64,000 nt of DNA, taken from positions 103,046,001 through 103,110,000 of the forward strand of contig NW_024704743.1 in assembly GCF_018977255.1 (NCBI RefSeq). Direction: 5' to 3'. Positions 1 through 10,535 of this stretch are shown one piece after another; the stretch's first letter is position 1; the number at the start of each line of letters is the position of its first letter. A program made the translations under genes and the position numbers. The DNA is from Callorhinchus milii. Taxonomy: Eukaryota. Below the pieces are notes generated by a model. The model was given only the letters and a program-made list of their open reading frames with translations. It did no database searches and was not told the origin of the DNA.

Positions 1-84
1 ACGTGCCCACATTTGCGAGACGGCTGGATTACCGAGGTGACCACAAACTGGGTTTCAACTGTATATATACATATATATATACCA

Positions 85-550
85 CCTGCACAAGGAAAAT
101 GTCCCTGTGTCTGGGATGGAATGTGCACCATCACCCTGGAGTGACACATCCTGCTTACCTAATTCCAGACAGTGTTAGGTGCAGATTGGCCAGAATTAAA
201 GCTTTGGACCCCAGAATGTGTTTTGGGCTATCACACTGCCTGGGAAGCACCCTCTGCTTGTCCAGTTAGAACTACCCTCTTGGGCTTTGGGTTAGGGTTA
301 ATAAGAGCCAAGTGGGAAGAATTGCCCAGTGAATGGTTTACTCCTCCAAGTTCTACCTATAAACCAGGCTACCTGGTCTGGTACCAGCACTGCTCTGGCA
401 TACTGTGTATCTATCTGGTTCAGACACTAGGCAACCAAGACTATCAAAGAGGGCTGATTTGATTCTAAAATTCCATTGTCAATCATTGCCAAAATTGCAT
501 TCCCATTCAGCCCCAAGGGGACTCTGTGTATCTCCCCAAAGGAAGGTTGT
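85..550 (+). mobile_element. Unclassified ~0.7 kb interspersed repeat (family X), copy 1
   Basis: Shares ccctggag..catcctgcttacctaattccaga..ttaggtgcag and the downstream hairpin block with the other copies. Strand is relative to the majority orientation. Confidence 0.75.
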
Positions 551-934
551 CACTTCTCAAAATGTAGGATCGTTGGGTGGGAAGTGAAATGGGAACATTA
601 TTCCATAGAGACTTGTGGATTTGATGCACTTTAGCCATTTTCCACTCTTTCCTGTCTATGTATCTATGGTAAAGTATGTTTTGTGGCAGGAAGAGGCTTC
701 TTGGGTTGAAATGACCTATTTTCCACATGAGACTTACTGTGCAATCATTTGCAACAGCTAAGGTACATAATCAAGTTCTTGGTCTGAAGTTGACTGCGTT
801 GAAATTTATATTTGGGTGGAATTTCAATTCAACAGTCTTAAATTCAGTCTTCATTTGGAGATCTGTTTCCAATTTTTTTAAAAAAAATATCTTGGAAAAT
901 CAACTTTTAAATTAAGCTAGAATTTAAGAATATA

Positions 935-1570
935 AGATCATAAGAATTGCTGGACAAAAGAAGACCAGGGTCTATTCAATTTGCCTTTCACCATTCTGGC
1001 TGTTGCATGCACATGTCATGTCCCAATCTGAAATCCATATCCCATGATATTATTTTCTAAGAAAGAGAAATTTGTGTCATTTGCTTTTGAAATAATCAAC
1101 ATTTTCTGCTTCCACTATCTCCCTAGGGAGTCTGTTCCATACATTTCCTGCTGAAGTAGTGTTCTCCGCAGATTTGTTTTGAATTTGCCCCCTTCAATTG
1201 CTTCTCTGGTTCTACTGTTCTGGACAAGATAAAACAGTTTATCTTGGTCTACATTATCCAGTCCCTTTAAAATCTTAAAAAACTGCTATCATATCGCCTC
1301 TCAACCTTCTGTTTTCCAGTGTGAATATGCCCAATTTACTTAATCGCTCCTAGTCCAGTTCCTTCATCACCTCAATCATTCTGGTTGCCCTCTTCTGTAT
1401 TTTCTGAATTGCTGCAATATCCTTTTTCTACTGCGCCAACCAGAATTGCACAAATTATTCCTCGTGGCAGGATTACCTCACTATTTCGGCTCAATATTGC
1501 CCTTTTAATACAACCCAGCATCTCTTTTGCCTTACTTACTGCTGTCAAGATTTAAGACTATTTTCCAAAA
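935..1570 (-). mobile_element. CR1-clade LINE, degraded 3' fragment
   Basis: cataag-type tail and CR1 ORF2 C-terminal motifs on the reverse strand. Confidence 0.65.
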
Positions 1571-1585
1571 TTCCCCAAACCTTAC

Positions 1586-1733
1586 ATTTTAAAACTTAAG
1601 CCTGAAAGCCTGACAATATTTGGGTCACATGGATGCTTTATGTTGTGATTATGAAGGGATTGGGCGCGATCGATATGAGATTTTCCTGTCACTTCTTCAT
1701 AAGTATTTTTTGAATCCTGGAGATAAATCACAT
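1586..1733 (-). CDS. Probable coding exon (phase 1 to 2): (D)VIYLQDSKNTYEEVTGKSHIDRAQSLHNHNIKHPCDPNIVRLSGLSFK
   Basis: Polypyrimidine tract ttttctttttctttttgaaactttgactgcag|ATGTG, donor AAAAT|gtaagg, single open frame, CpG cluster ATCGATCGCGCC. Confidence 0.5.
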
Positions 1734-2689
1734 CTGCAGTCAAAGTTTCAAAAAGAAAAAGAAAACAAGTCAGAATGAGAAAAGCCAGCCAAGCAATTTC
1801 ACGAAGGCACAGTGTGCCATTTCTGATACACTCTGTCGAAACAGATATAGCTGACGAACTGACTAATTGTCTTATAAGTCCAATCATCTATTGACAGATA
1901 TCAAGCATGGTCGCTTTGAGTCCTCATTAACATAATTTTAATGAAGTATATGCTGGAGCCAAACCATAAATGACAGCCACCTTCACTGAAATCAAAAGCA
2001 TCATCAAGTTGGTTTTAACGATTATTCCCCAGAAGCAACTTTAAAGATGAGAGGTGACTGCAGCATAGAGGACTGCTTGGCAAGTCCCTTTCACTCAACT
2101 TCAGATTTTACATGGGATTCAAACCAGATGACTGGCTGGATATAATCAGCCTACTTTAAAACATCCAATTGACAACACAACTGCAATGTTTTACGAATGT
2201 TGCAACTATCTATGTGACATATATCTGTGAGTTCAAGAAGCTATCATTTTTTAAAAAAAATCTATCCTAACATCAGCCATTATGATTGTGTTCATATTTT
2301 CATTAATATCCTTCCTAAAGCAGCAGTTAATTTCAGGAGCAGAACCTTTGAGTTCACACTTCAGACCTTTGAGCTTTGCTCCCTTGACCCTCTCAATTCA
2401 GGGTGACAGAGGAGATAAGCAGTGAAGAATACGCAAAGATGAGCAGTGATGTACACAGACCATAATTCCAGCAATGGATCTCTATTTTGGAAATAGTCTC
2501 AATCGTGCAGGAGGTTTAGAAAATAAGTTTTTTTCCAAGGTGAGATTTTCTGGCTGCTGTCTTAAACATCAAAATAAATAAATGATTGAGCTCTGTATCT
2601 TTAAGAAAGTGAAAATAATGCAATCAATAAAATTTCCTTCAAAGACCAGATTCAGTCTCTGCTGACTGAACTCTGCAAATGTTTTTTCC

Positions 2690-2830
2690 TCCCACTTCCA
2701 CCAATCACTTGCTCCATCCTTGTACTTCTTCTTTGCCTTATTTGCATGCTCTCTCTCAGCAATGTCATCCCACAGGCATGGGGTCAACTCCCACATGTAT
2801 GCGGATGACACACAAATCTAGTTATTCTCC
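2690..2830 (+). mobile_element. L2 LINE reverse transcriptase fragment
   Basis: catggggtcaactcccacatgtatgcggatgacacacaa encodes HGVNSHMYADDTQ (YADD box). Confidence 0.8.
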
Positions 2831-2859
2831 TTCATCTGTGACTCCAGGTCCGCTATATC

Positions 2860-3765
2860 TATGGAGTTGAATCCCTCATCTACACTTATGTCACCTCCCA
2901 CCTTGACAATTTCTGCAACTGACAACAGATTCTCCCTATCTAGTCTATCAAAACTCCTCATAATTTTGAACACCTCTATTAAATCTCCCCTTAACTTTCT
3001 TTGCTCTAGGGAGAACTATCAAGCCTTCTCTCATCTCTCCACATAACTACGGTCCTTCAACCCTAGTGCCATCCTGGTAAATCTCCTCTACACCCTCTCC
3101 AAGGACTTAATATCCTTCCTGAAGTGTGGTGCTCAGAATTGGACACAGTATTCCAGCTAAAGCCTAAAGAGTGACTTAAAAAGGTTGATCAGAACTTCCT
3201 TGCTTTTGTACCCTATGCCTCTATTTATAAAGCCAATGATCCCTTTTTTAATAGCTCCATCCATCAACCTGTCTTGCCGTTTCAAAGATCTGTGTATGTG
3301 AACCCCCGGTTCTCTTTGTTCCTGTATCCCCTTTAAAACTGTACAATTTAGAGTATATTTCTTCTCCTTGTTCTTCCTCCCAAAATGCATAACCTCACAT
3401 TTCTCTGCATTAAACATAATCTGTCATGTGTCTACCCATTTCACCAGTTTGTCTATGTTCTTCTGCAGTCTGCTACCATCATCCTCATGGTTTACTACGT
3501 TCCCAAGTTTTGTGTCATCTGCAAACTTAAAAATGTTACTTTCTATACCCAAGTTTAAGTCACTTATATATCAAAAAGAGCAGTGGACCTACAATCAATC
3601 TCTGGGGGACAACATTGTATACTTCCCTCCAATCTGAAAAACAACAATTCACCACTGCCCTCTGTCTCCCAGCCAATTTTGTATCCATGCTGCCACTATC
3701 CCTTTCATCCCGTAGGGTTCAGTTTTGCTAACTAATCTATTATGTGGCACCTTATCAAACAATGC
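2860..3765 (-). mobile_element. CR1 LINE ORF2 fragment
   Basis: ORF 3157-3417 FNAEKCEVMHFGRKN...GFINRGIGYKSKEV; FADDTKLG on the reverse strand near 3510. Confidence 0.9.
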
Positions 3766-4239
3766 TCTGAAATGTTATGTTAATAGAGTAAATCCAGACA
3801 GAGTTGAGTTTCCCCACACACATTTCAAGGCACATTGAAAACCTGCAATTTTTAGATTTCAAAATTATTTCATTCTGTGCACTTGTCAAGAACTTGAAAT
3901 TATGCTTGAAACAAATGAGCCTATTAAATAGGAATGAAAAGCAGGATCTTCCTTAAAAGACTTTCCCACAAGGTACAAATATTTAAATGGGTGTCCACAT
4001 AAATCAGAAACAACTCTGAGCAAAAACATAGATTTCATATGTCTTCTTTTTACTTGTTTCTCAAAATTTATACAAGATTCTTCCAACTTTAGGTATTGCC
4101 CTATATCCAACCTGTCCTTTCTTTCCAAGATGCTGGAATGGATTATTCTGCTTCTTCCTCTTTCACCACTTGTTTTTTTATGAATCCCTCCAATCTGGCA
4201 TCCACCCCCACACTATACCACAGAACTCCATCACCATCC

Positions 4240-4570
4240 TTCAGATCCTCCGCTGAGGGATTGGGGAGCCAATAGAGCTGGTCGAAGGTGGAGGTGATAT
4301 ATCACCTTGGTGCAGGAGAGGACATGGATTGCAGAGTTCTGGATGATCTGCAGCTTGTGGGTGGAAGAGTTGGGAAGGCTGACACATAGAGAATTGGCAT
4401 AGCCAGGCCTAGATGTAATAAATTTGTCGATGAGGGTTTTGGCGGCCTGAGGGGCAAAGCAATGGCGGAGACAAGCATTGTCACGGAGTAAGTGGGGTAA
4501 GTCATGGCACAGATATGGGGTAGAAAAAACAGAAATCAAGTCCAAGATCTGGGTTCATTAAGGTCTCAAT
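4240..4570 (-). mobile_element. L2 LINE fragment
   Basis: QAAKTLI..FITSR..YANSL...KLQIIQNSA. Confidence 0.85.
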
Positions 4571-4624
4571 GATACCCGTGAAGTCTACGTTCAAATACAA
4601 GTGTAATATTAGTACAAATTCATA

Positions 4625-5225
4625 ATTTGTGGGGGTCAGTCGGGTGTCTGACACATGTGGAAACCTTTCCATCACCATGCTTACGAATATCCAAACCAAA
4701 CAATTCCATGCATCTAGAAATTCCAGAAATATTTCTTGGAATGCAATGCACACTGAAATACTGGTGGAATGTAACCAGATAAAACTGGATTGTTTGCCAT
4801 TGAAAGCACTATCTGGCAAGCTTTCTTGCTGCTCATCCAGCTTGGATTATCCTACCCATGAAGGCTTTTACTTGAAAGTTGAACAGGAAATGAATAAGAA
4901 GTGTCCCTGCCCCAAGTGACTGGTCTGCCCTTCCAAGTCCTGTTGATGAGCCAGGCTGACTGTGCATTGCCCTGGAATACTGTGAAGTCCCCTAGCTCAG
5001 GAACTGGACTACCAAGACTACACAGAGGGTTGAATTGATTCTGATATGGCAAACATGTCACTTTGGAGCCAGTTCAACTTCAAAGAGACCTTGTTTACCT
5101 CCTCCCCAGGAGGCTAGACACTTAGTTAGTCATTTGACATCCAACAAGCACAGGTTCGAGCCTTCACAAGGTAGGTGGCTGGTGCCAGGAACTCGCTTGA
5201 GAGCAACATAGCACAGTATGAAATA
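4625..5225 (+). mobile_element. Family X repeat, copy 2 (internally deleted)
   Basis: gggtgtctgacacatgtggaaacc...catcaccatgc...aagtcctgttgatgagccagg...ggaactggact...catttgacatcc. Confidence 0.8.
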
Positions 5226-6717
5226 CACAGTAAGTCGAGGAATTTTCACCTGTTCAAAATAGGAGATGTATTGAATGTAATAAATTGTTTCCCAATATAT
5301 TTTATTGGAAAATTTACATAGAGTTTGCTTCAAAAGTAATTTTACAAAATGCAATAGCATGAATGGAACTGTACTAAAGTCAGAGATACAGAATTTAAAC
5401 AAATGCAATAATGAAACATGTTGTGCACCCACCTAACTCTGAAACATAATTGCTTTTATGGATTTCAATAGTTAAACCACCAGAGCAATCTTCACATTGA
5501 AATAAGAATTCTGCGGGACGCTGCAATGGGCTTTGTCGTTTCCTTTTGTTCATGGCGCCTGGTTTCTGATTAAGTTCAGACTGGTGGGTGAGATCTCTAT
5601 TCTCTAGAAACAATAATTCTACTGAATGAAGCAACTTTAGTCAGGTTTCATCTGGTTCCAAACTGAAGGCATACAGCAAAAACAAATGTCACTAGATTGG
5701 CAAAGCCATTGAGAGATCATAAATATTGATGTCGGAAGTAAATGTGTCACAATGATTAAGTGATGGATGCTGCTCAAATAATTATTCATTCTTCTCCTTG
5801 ACTCAAGAGTGAGGTTTCCAGAACCACAGCCAGAAGCTCAGCGCAAATTGACCAAGTCCACTCAATGAGAGCAGGAGAGTTCAAATAGTCATGATGGCTC
5901 TCTGATAATAATATTTCTTATAATAATAATCCTTCAATTTGGTATATCACATTTCACATGGTCAAGTTGTCTCAAAGCATGCCACAAAAATTATTGTGAA
6001 CTATAGTGGCTTTGTAGGTGAATGCAACAGCCAATTTGTGCACAGCAGTATCCCACAAACATGCATGAAGCAACTCACCAATTTTATCACCGATTTGTTG
6101 GCCAGGACACCAAGAGAAACACTCTCCTCTTTCCAAATAATGCCTTGCAATTTTTAACTCACATTCAACTAGAAGATACACAGCCACTACGCTTCCAGTA
6201 AAATCTTGTGAACCGTTTTGAGATGTCTTAATGACATAATAAGGTACTATACCAAATACAAGGAATATTATTTTTATTGTTGGGAGTAGGAGCTGAGCCT
6301 AAGTGCAAAGTTCTGATATGGGGCTTTTCATCCACAACCTTCTGTCTCAGGGATGAGAGCGCTATCAACTGAATCAGGCTGACACCTGATATCAGGGACC
6401 AGTCGCAAGCTTCAAAGCTACTTTTGTACTGTTTGCCAAAATGTACAACAGTTCATTTAAATATTTAGTTGAAGGCATTCATCTGCGAATAAATAATGGA
6501 TGCAACTGATAAAATCTATCTCCTATAAATCTTCAAATAAACCTTGTTTCATACCTCATTTCCCTTTCAGTGGCTCATGAATAGAATTAACTATTTGATG
6601 AATAAAGACATGCACATAAAAACAACGACATTGGTGGAGCGTGAGATTTTAGTCAAGAAACAACTGACTTGTATGTACAAGCTCTTCTTGCTGCTATGGG
6701 AACCATGAATTACCAAC

Positions 6718-6989
6718 CATTAAAAATGTATTGGTTGTTTAGTAACCAAAACCTGCACAGTATGTATTTTGCCAATTTTACCATAATAAGCCAATACAAA
6801 ATGATGCCCGTGATTATAAATAGAGGCCAGTAAACTGAAATAATACAGGCTTTCTTATTCTGTTGCTGGTGCCTTGTTGCAACTGTCACCCGAATATGGG
6901 TACCCGCTGATGATACGATTAAAAGGCTCTCATCAGGATACAAAACCACTGGAAAAGGTGTCTTGGAATGCAAATTTCCTAACCCAGTT
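6718..6989 (-). CDS. Probable coding exon (phase 2 to 1): TGLGNLHSKTPFPVVLYPDESLLIVSSAGTHIRVTVATRHQQQNKKACIISVYWPLFIITGIILYWLIMVKLAKYILCRFWLLNNQYIFN, with a possible transmembrane helix
   Basis: Acceptor gcgctttag|AACTGG, candidate donor AATG|gttggt. Phases fit the exons at 33962 and 1586; CpGs are retained. The donor is uncertain because weaker earlier donors exist. Confidence 0.45.
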
Positions 6990-9529
6990 CTAAAGCGCTA
7001 TATCAGCCAAATATCAGTGATAATGAATTCTAACACATTAGCAGGTGGTTTAGATCTAGTAACTCACATCTGGGTTAGAGTGGGTGTTATAAAAATGATC
7101 GCTGATAGAGGTTTCAGCTCGTCGGGTTACTGCTGACCTCGGTTCCTGTGCTCGGCGTTGGGCTCTGCCACTGTCAAGTACTCTGAGATGCTATCCTGCA
7201 TGAGGGGCACTACATAAATGCAAGTTGTTGTTGTTGCTGCTCATTTGCACAGTGCTACTGACATCACTTCAATGCACCCCGAGACAACAGCTCTCCCAAA
7301 ATTTCCAGTGATTCCTAGGACACAAATCATATGCACTTCTGTTATACTGTCGTTCATGGTGTTACTATGTTTTAAGTGGACCTTTTTTTCTCAGTCAGCC
7401 CCTTGACTAATACATAAGTGGTGTAACTGACCTGGACTGCACTGAAGTGGGGTTAGAGTTAAAGCTGAAACCAGCCACTAATTAAGCCAGGTGGCATCCT
7501 GCCAGGATCATTCTCGCCTCGGAATCAGAAGGCTGCAGGTTCAACACCGCTCACATAGTCTACAATGACACTGCTGGTGAAGTACTGCAGATGTTAAATA
7601 ATAATAATCCTTGCAATTGATATAGCGCCTTATTACATCATTGAGATGTCTCGAAGTGCTTCACAGGATATAATGTGTATTTTGCGGATAAAACATAATA
7701 ATATAATAATTCTTGCATTTGATATAGCACCTTATCACATTGTTGAGACGTCTCAAAGCGCTTCACAGAATATACTGCAAAATGACTGAATATTTTGTGG
7801 GAGAAACGCAGCAGTCAATTGTGCACAACAGTGTCTCACAAACAGCGAGTGACCAATTGTATGGGGGATTATTGACCAAGTACATCAGGAGAAACTCCCT
7901 TCAATTCGAGTCTAAGTCCTAACATGGAGGAGATTTGCAAATGAAAGTGTACAAAAACTTTTTTTTTGCTGCAACAAATAGGCTGGCAGGAAAACCTCCT
8001 AAATTCTTCCTTACAAGTAAACTCACTGTTGAATGAATCATGGAGGACCTTGATGCTTGCAGGATTTTAGTGCCAGAAGGATAAACAAAAGCAGCACTGA
8101 CATTGTGCATACCCTGCTGGTCAGAGTACATCTCCTTCACAGTTTTTAAGACTGCCAAGAGATGAATTTGACACCAATGAATTACAACTATTGAACATTT
8201 AACAACAGATTTTATTATATGGAACTAAGCAGAGGAAGGTATTCCTCCAAGCTACTTGAGGTGATGAGAATGCCATATTTGTTTGCGAGCCAAATGCTGC
8301 AGTATTTTTGTGTGCTGAAGCATCCCCAATGCAATGGTAGGATGTCTAACCTCTAGTCTTCCAATAACTTTATATGATCTGCTTCGTTTAGGGTTTCCTT
8401 CAATTGCAATACTATGAGGAAGAAATTCCTTATATCAGTACGTATATGCATTAAAACTTTTTTAATTATGATTTTCAGACATAATAATATCAGTCAGTAA
8501 ATTCCTCCACCACAACTAGATACAATCCAATGTCATTTTTGTAAGGCAGCCAAATTGAACACCTGTCTAGGAACTAGAATTTAATATCTCTAAGCAGCTT
8601 AACAAGGCAATTTATCCAAATAAAATAAACGTATAGCTATGTTGCAAATACAGCTGGTGGAGTGACGGATGCTTCATCTCAATTGATGGAACAAGACAAT
8701 TGAAAAATACATTTTTTGATATCAAAATGTCCTGGTTCAGTGGCAGAGTCACAAGATGGCTAATTAACCAATGATGCTAATTAACACGTGCATGAGAATT
8801 AATGACCTTGTGGGAATAAATAACATGGGCTCAATGTCCAAAAGTGCAGTTTGACTTGCACCAACAACAACAACCTGCATTTATGTAGCGCCCTTCACAC
8901 GGGGTGGTGTCCCGGAACGCTCGAGGAATCAATCCTCTGAGGCCCAAAACATCATCTTAGCCTCAGAACAAAGCTTCAAAGTGTAAGATTGTACAGAATT
9001 TTTGACAATGAGTAATTTTGGGAGTCAGTATTTCATTGTTCTTTTAAAAAGCTGCATAAAACCAGTGTACTACATAAATTTGAACATAGAACATTTAAGA
9101 CAATGGTCTCAAAGACAAAACCATGAGAAAGTTCAGACCTATGCAGTCTTATAATGGACCTTTCAGGAAGAAGTTCATTCTTAACAGAGCCCGCGAGTAG
9201 TCACTCTTAACACAGTGAACTTATCGACATTGTTCATTCTTTCCTATCAAGTTTAACCTCTGTCACTCGTATTCTGATGTAGTATTTTGATATTCATTTG
9301 CTTAATCTTCTGATATAGCAATGGCAAATCTTTGCTGAACCTGAAAGACATCTTACTGCAACTGTAGAATCGGGTGATTAGAGCAGCATGTTTCACAGCA
9401 TGAAGGGAACAAAATCCAGAGGTAAATGAATAAGATTGATGTTCTGAAGTCTTTTATTTTAATTGGACATGTTGCCAGTTCAGATAAACTTTCAATTCCC
9501 TCCACCATACACTTGAAAAATGTACTTTA

Positions 9530-9885
9530 AATGTAGTGACTTTTCATTTGTAGGTGAATGAGGCAGCCAATTTATAATCCTTGCATTTGATATTTGATAT
9601 TTCCACACAACAATGTCTCACAATGGTCCCATGCAGTGAGTGACCAACTTTATTTTGTTTTTTGTCCAGGGCTCTGGGCGAAGCTCTTGACTAACACCAA
9701 GGGATCTTTAACTTCCACATGTAGAGGTAGCTGAGGCCTTGGTAAATGTTGCATCCGAAAAACAGCACCTCCAATAATGTAACACACTGGAGTGTCAGCC
9801 TAGACTGTGAGTTCAAGTCCTGATGTGGGATTTGAACTCACAACCTTCTAACTCACAGACGAGAATGCTATCAACTGAGCTGGGT
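9530..9885 (-). mobile_element. DeuSINE (SacSINE1/AmnSINE1-like) with tRNA-like head
   Basis: Reverse: gctcagttgatagcattctcgtctgtgagttagaaggttgtgagttcaaatccc...ctaggctgacactccagtg. Confidence 0.8.
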
Positions 9886-9914
9886 TGAATCCTCAATATT
9901 ATGGCTATTTGACA

Positions 9915-10535
9915 CATGCAAAAGTCTATCACCATGCATAAATCAAACTGAGAATTCCATTCTTCCCACCTACACATGAAAATCCCAGGGATAGATTGCT
10001 GAAGTGGAATGCGCACTTGCTCCCTGGACGGACACATCCTGCTTTCGTAATTCCAGAAAGTATTATGTGCAGGTTGGCAAGAGCCAAGGCTTGGAGTCTA
10101 ACTAGCTAAAACCGCAAAGCTTGTCATTGGTAGTGCTGTCTAGTAAGCTTTCCTGCTGCTTGTCCAGCAAGGACCACCCGACCCATTAGAGCTTAGGTTT
10201 GCAGGGTTAACAGAGGTTAAAGGGAATGAATCCCTGCCCTCAGTGACTCGTCTACCCTTCCAAGTCCTGCCAATGAAGCAGGCTGGATATGTTGTCATCA
10301 GCAGTGCCCTGGAATGCTGCAGACCCCCCTGGCTCAGGAACTAGACTATTGAGCCCACCATTGAGGGCTGGCTTTGCAGCCAGTTCAGCTCTAAGAAGGC
10401 TCTGCTTACCTCCCCCTCAAAAAGGAGTGTTACTTGTTGGTCATTTGACATCTGACAAGCGCGGATTTGAGTCCTCACTAGATGGATAGTAGTTACCAGG
10501 AACTCCCTGTGAGTGGGCAATACACCTCAGCATAA
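9915..10535 (+). mobile_element. Family X repeat, copy 3
   Basis: gacacatg..atcaccatgc..taattccagaaagtattatgtgcaggttggcaagagccaaggcttgg..cctggctcaggaactagact..tcatttgacatctgacaagc. Confidence 0.8.

Noticed and set aside
4940..5005. Canonical hammerhead ribozyme in the family X repeat
   Set aside because: The helix is followed by TCAGGAAC rather than GAAA and no NUH/stem I geometry is evident. Kept only as a structured-RNA candidate.
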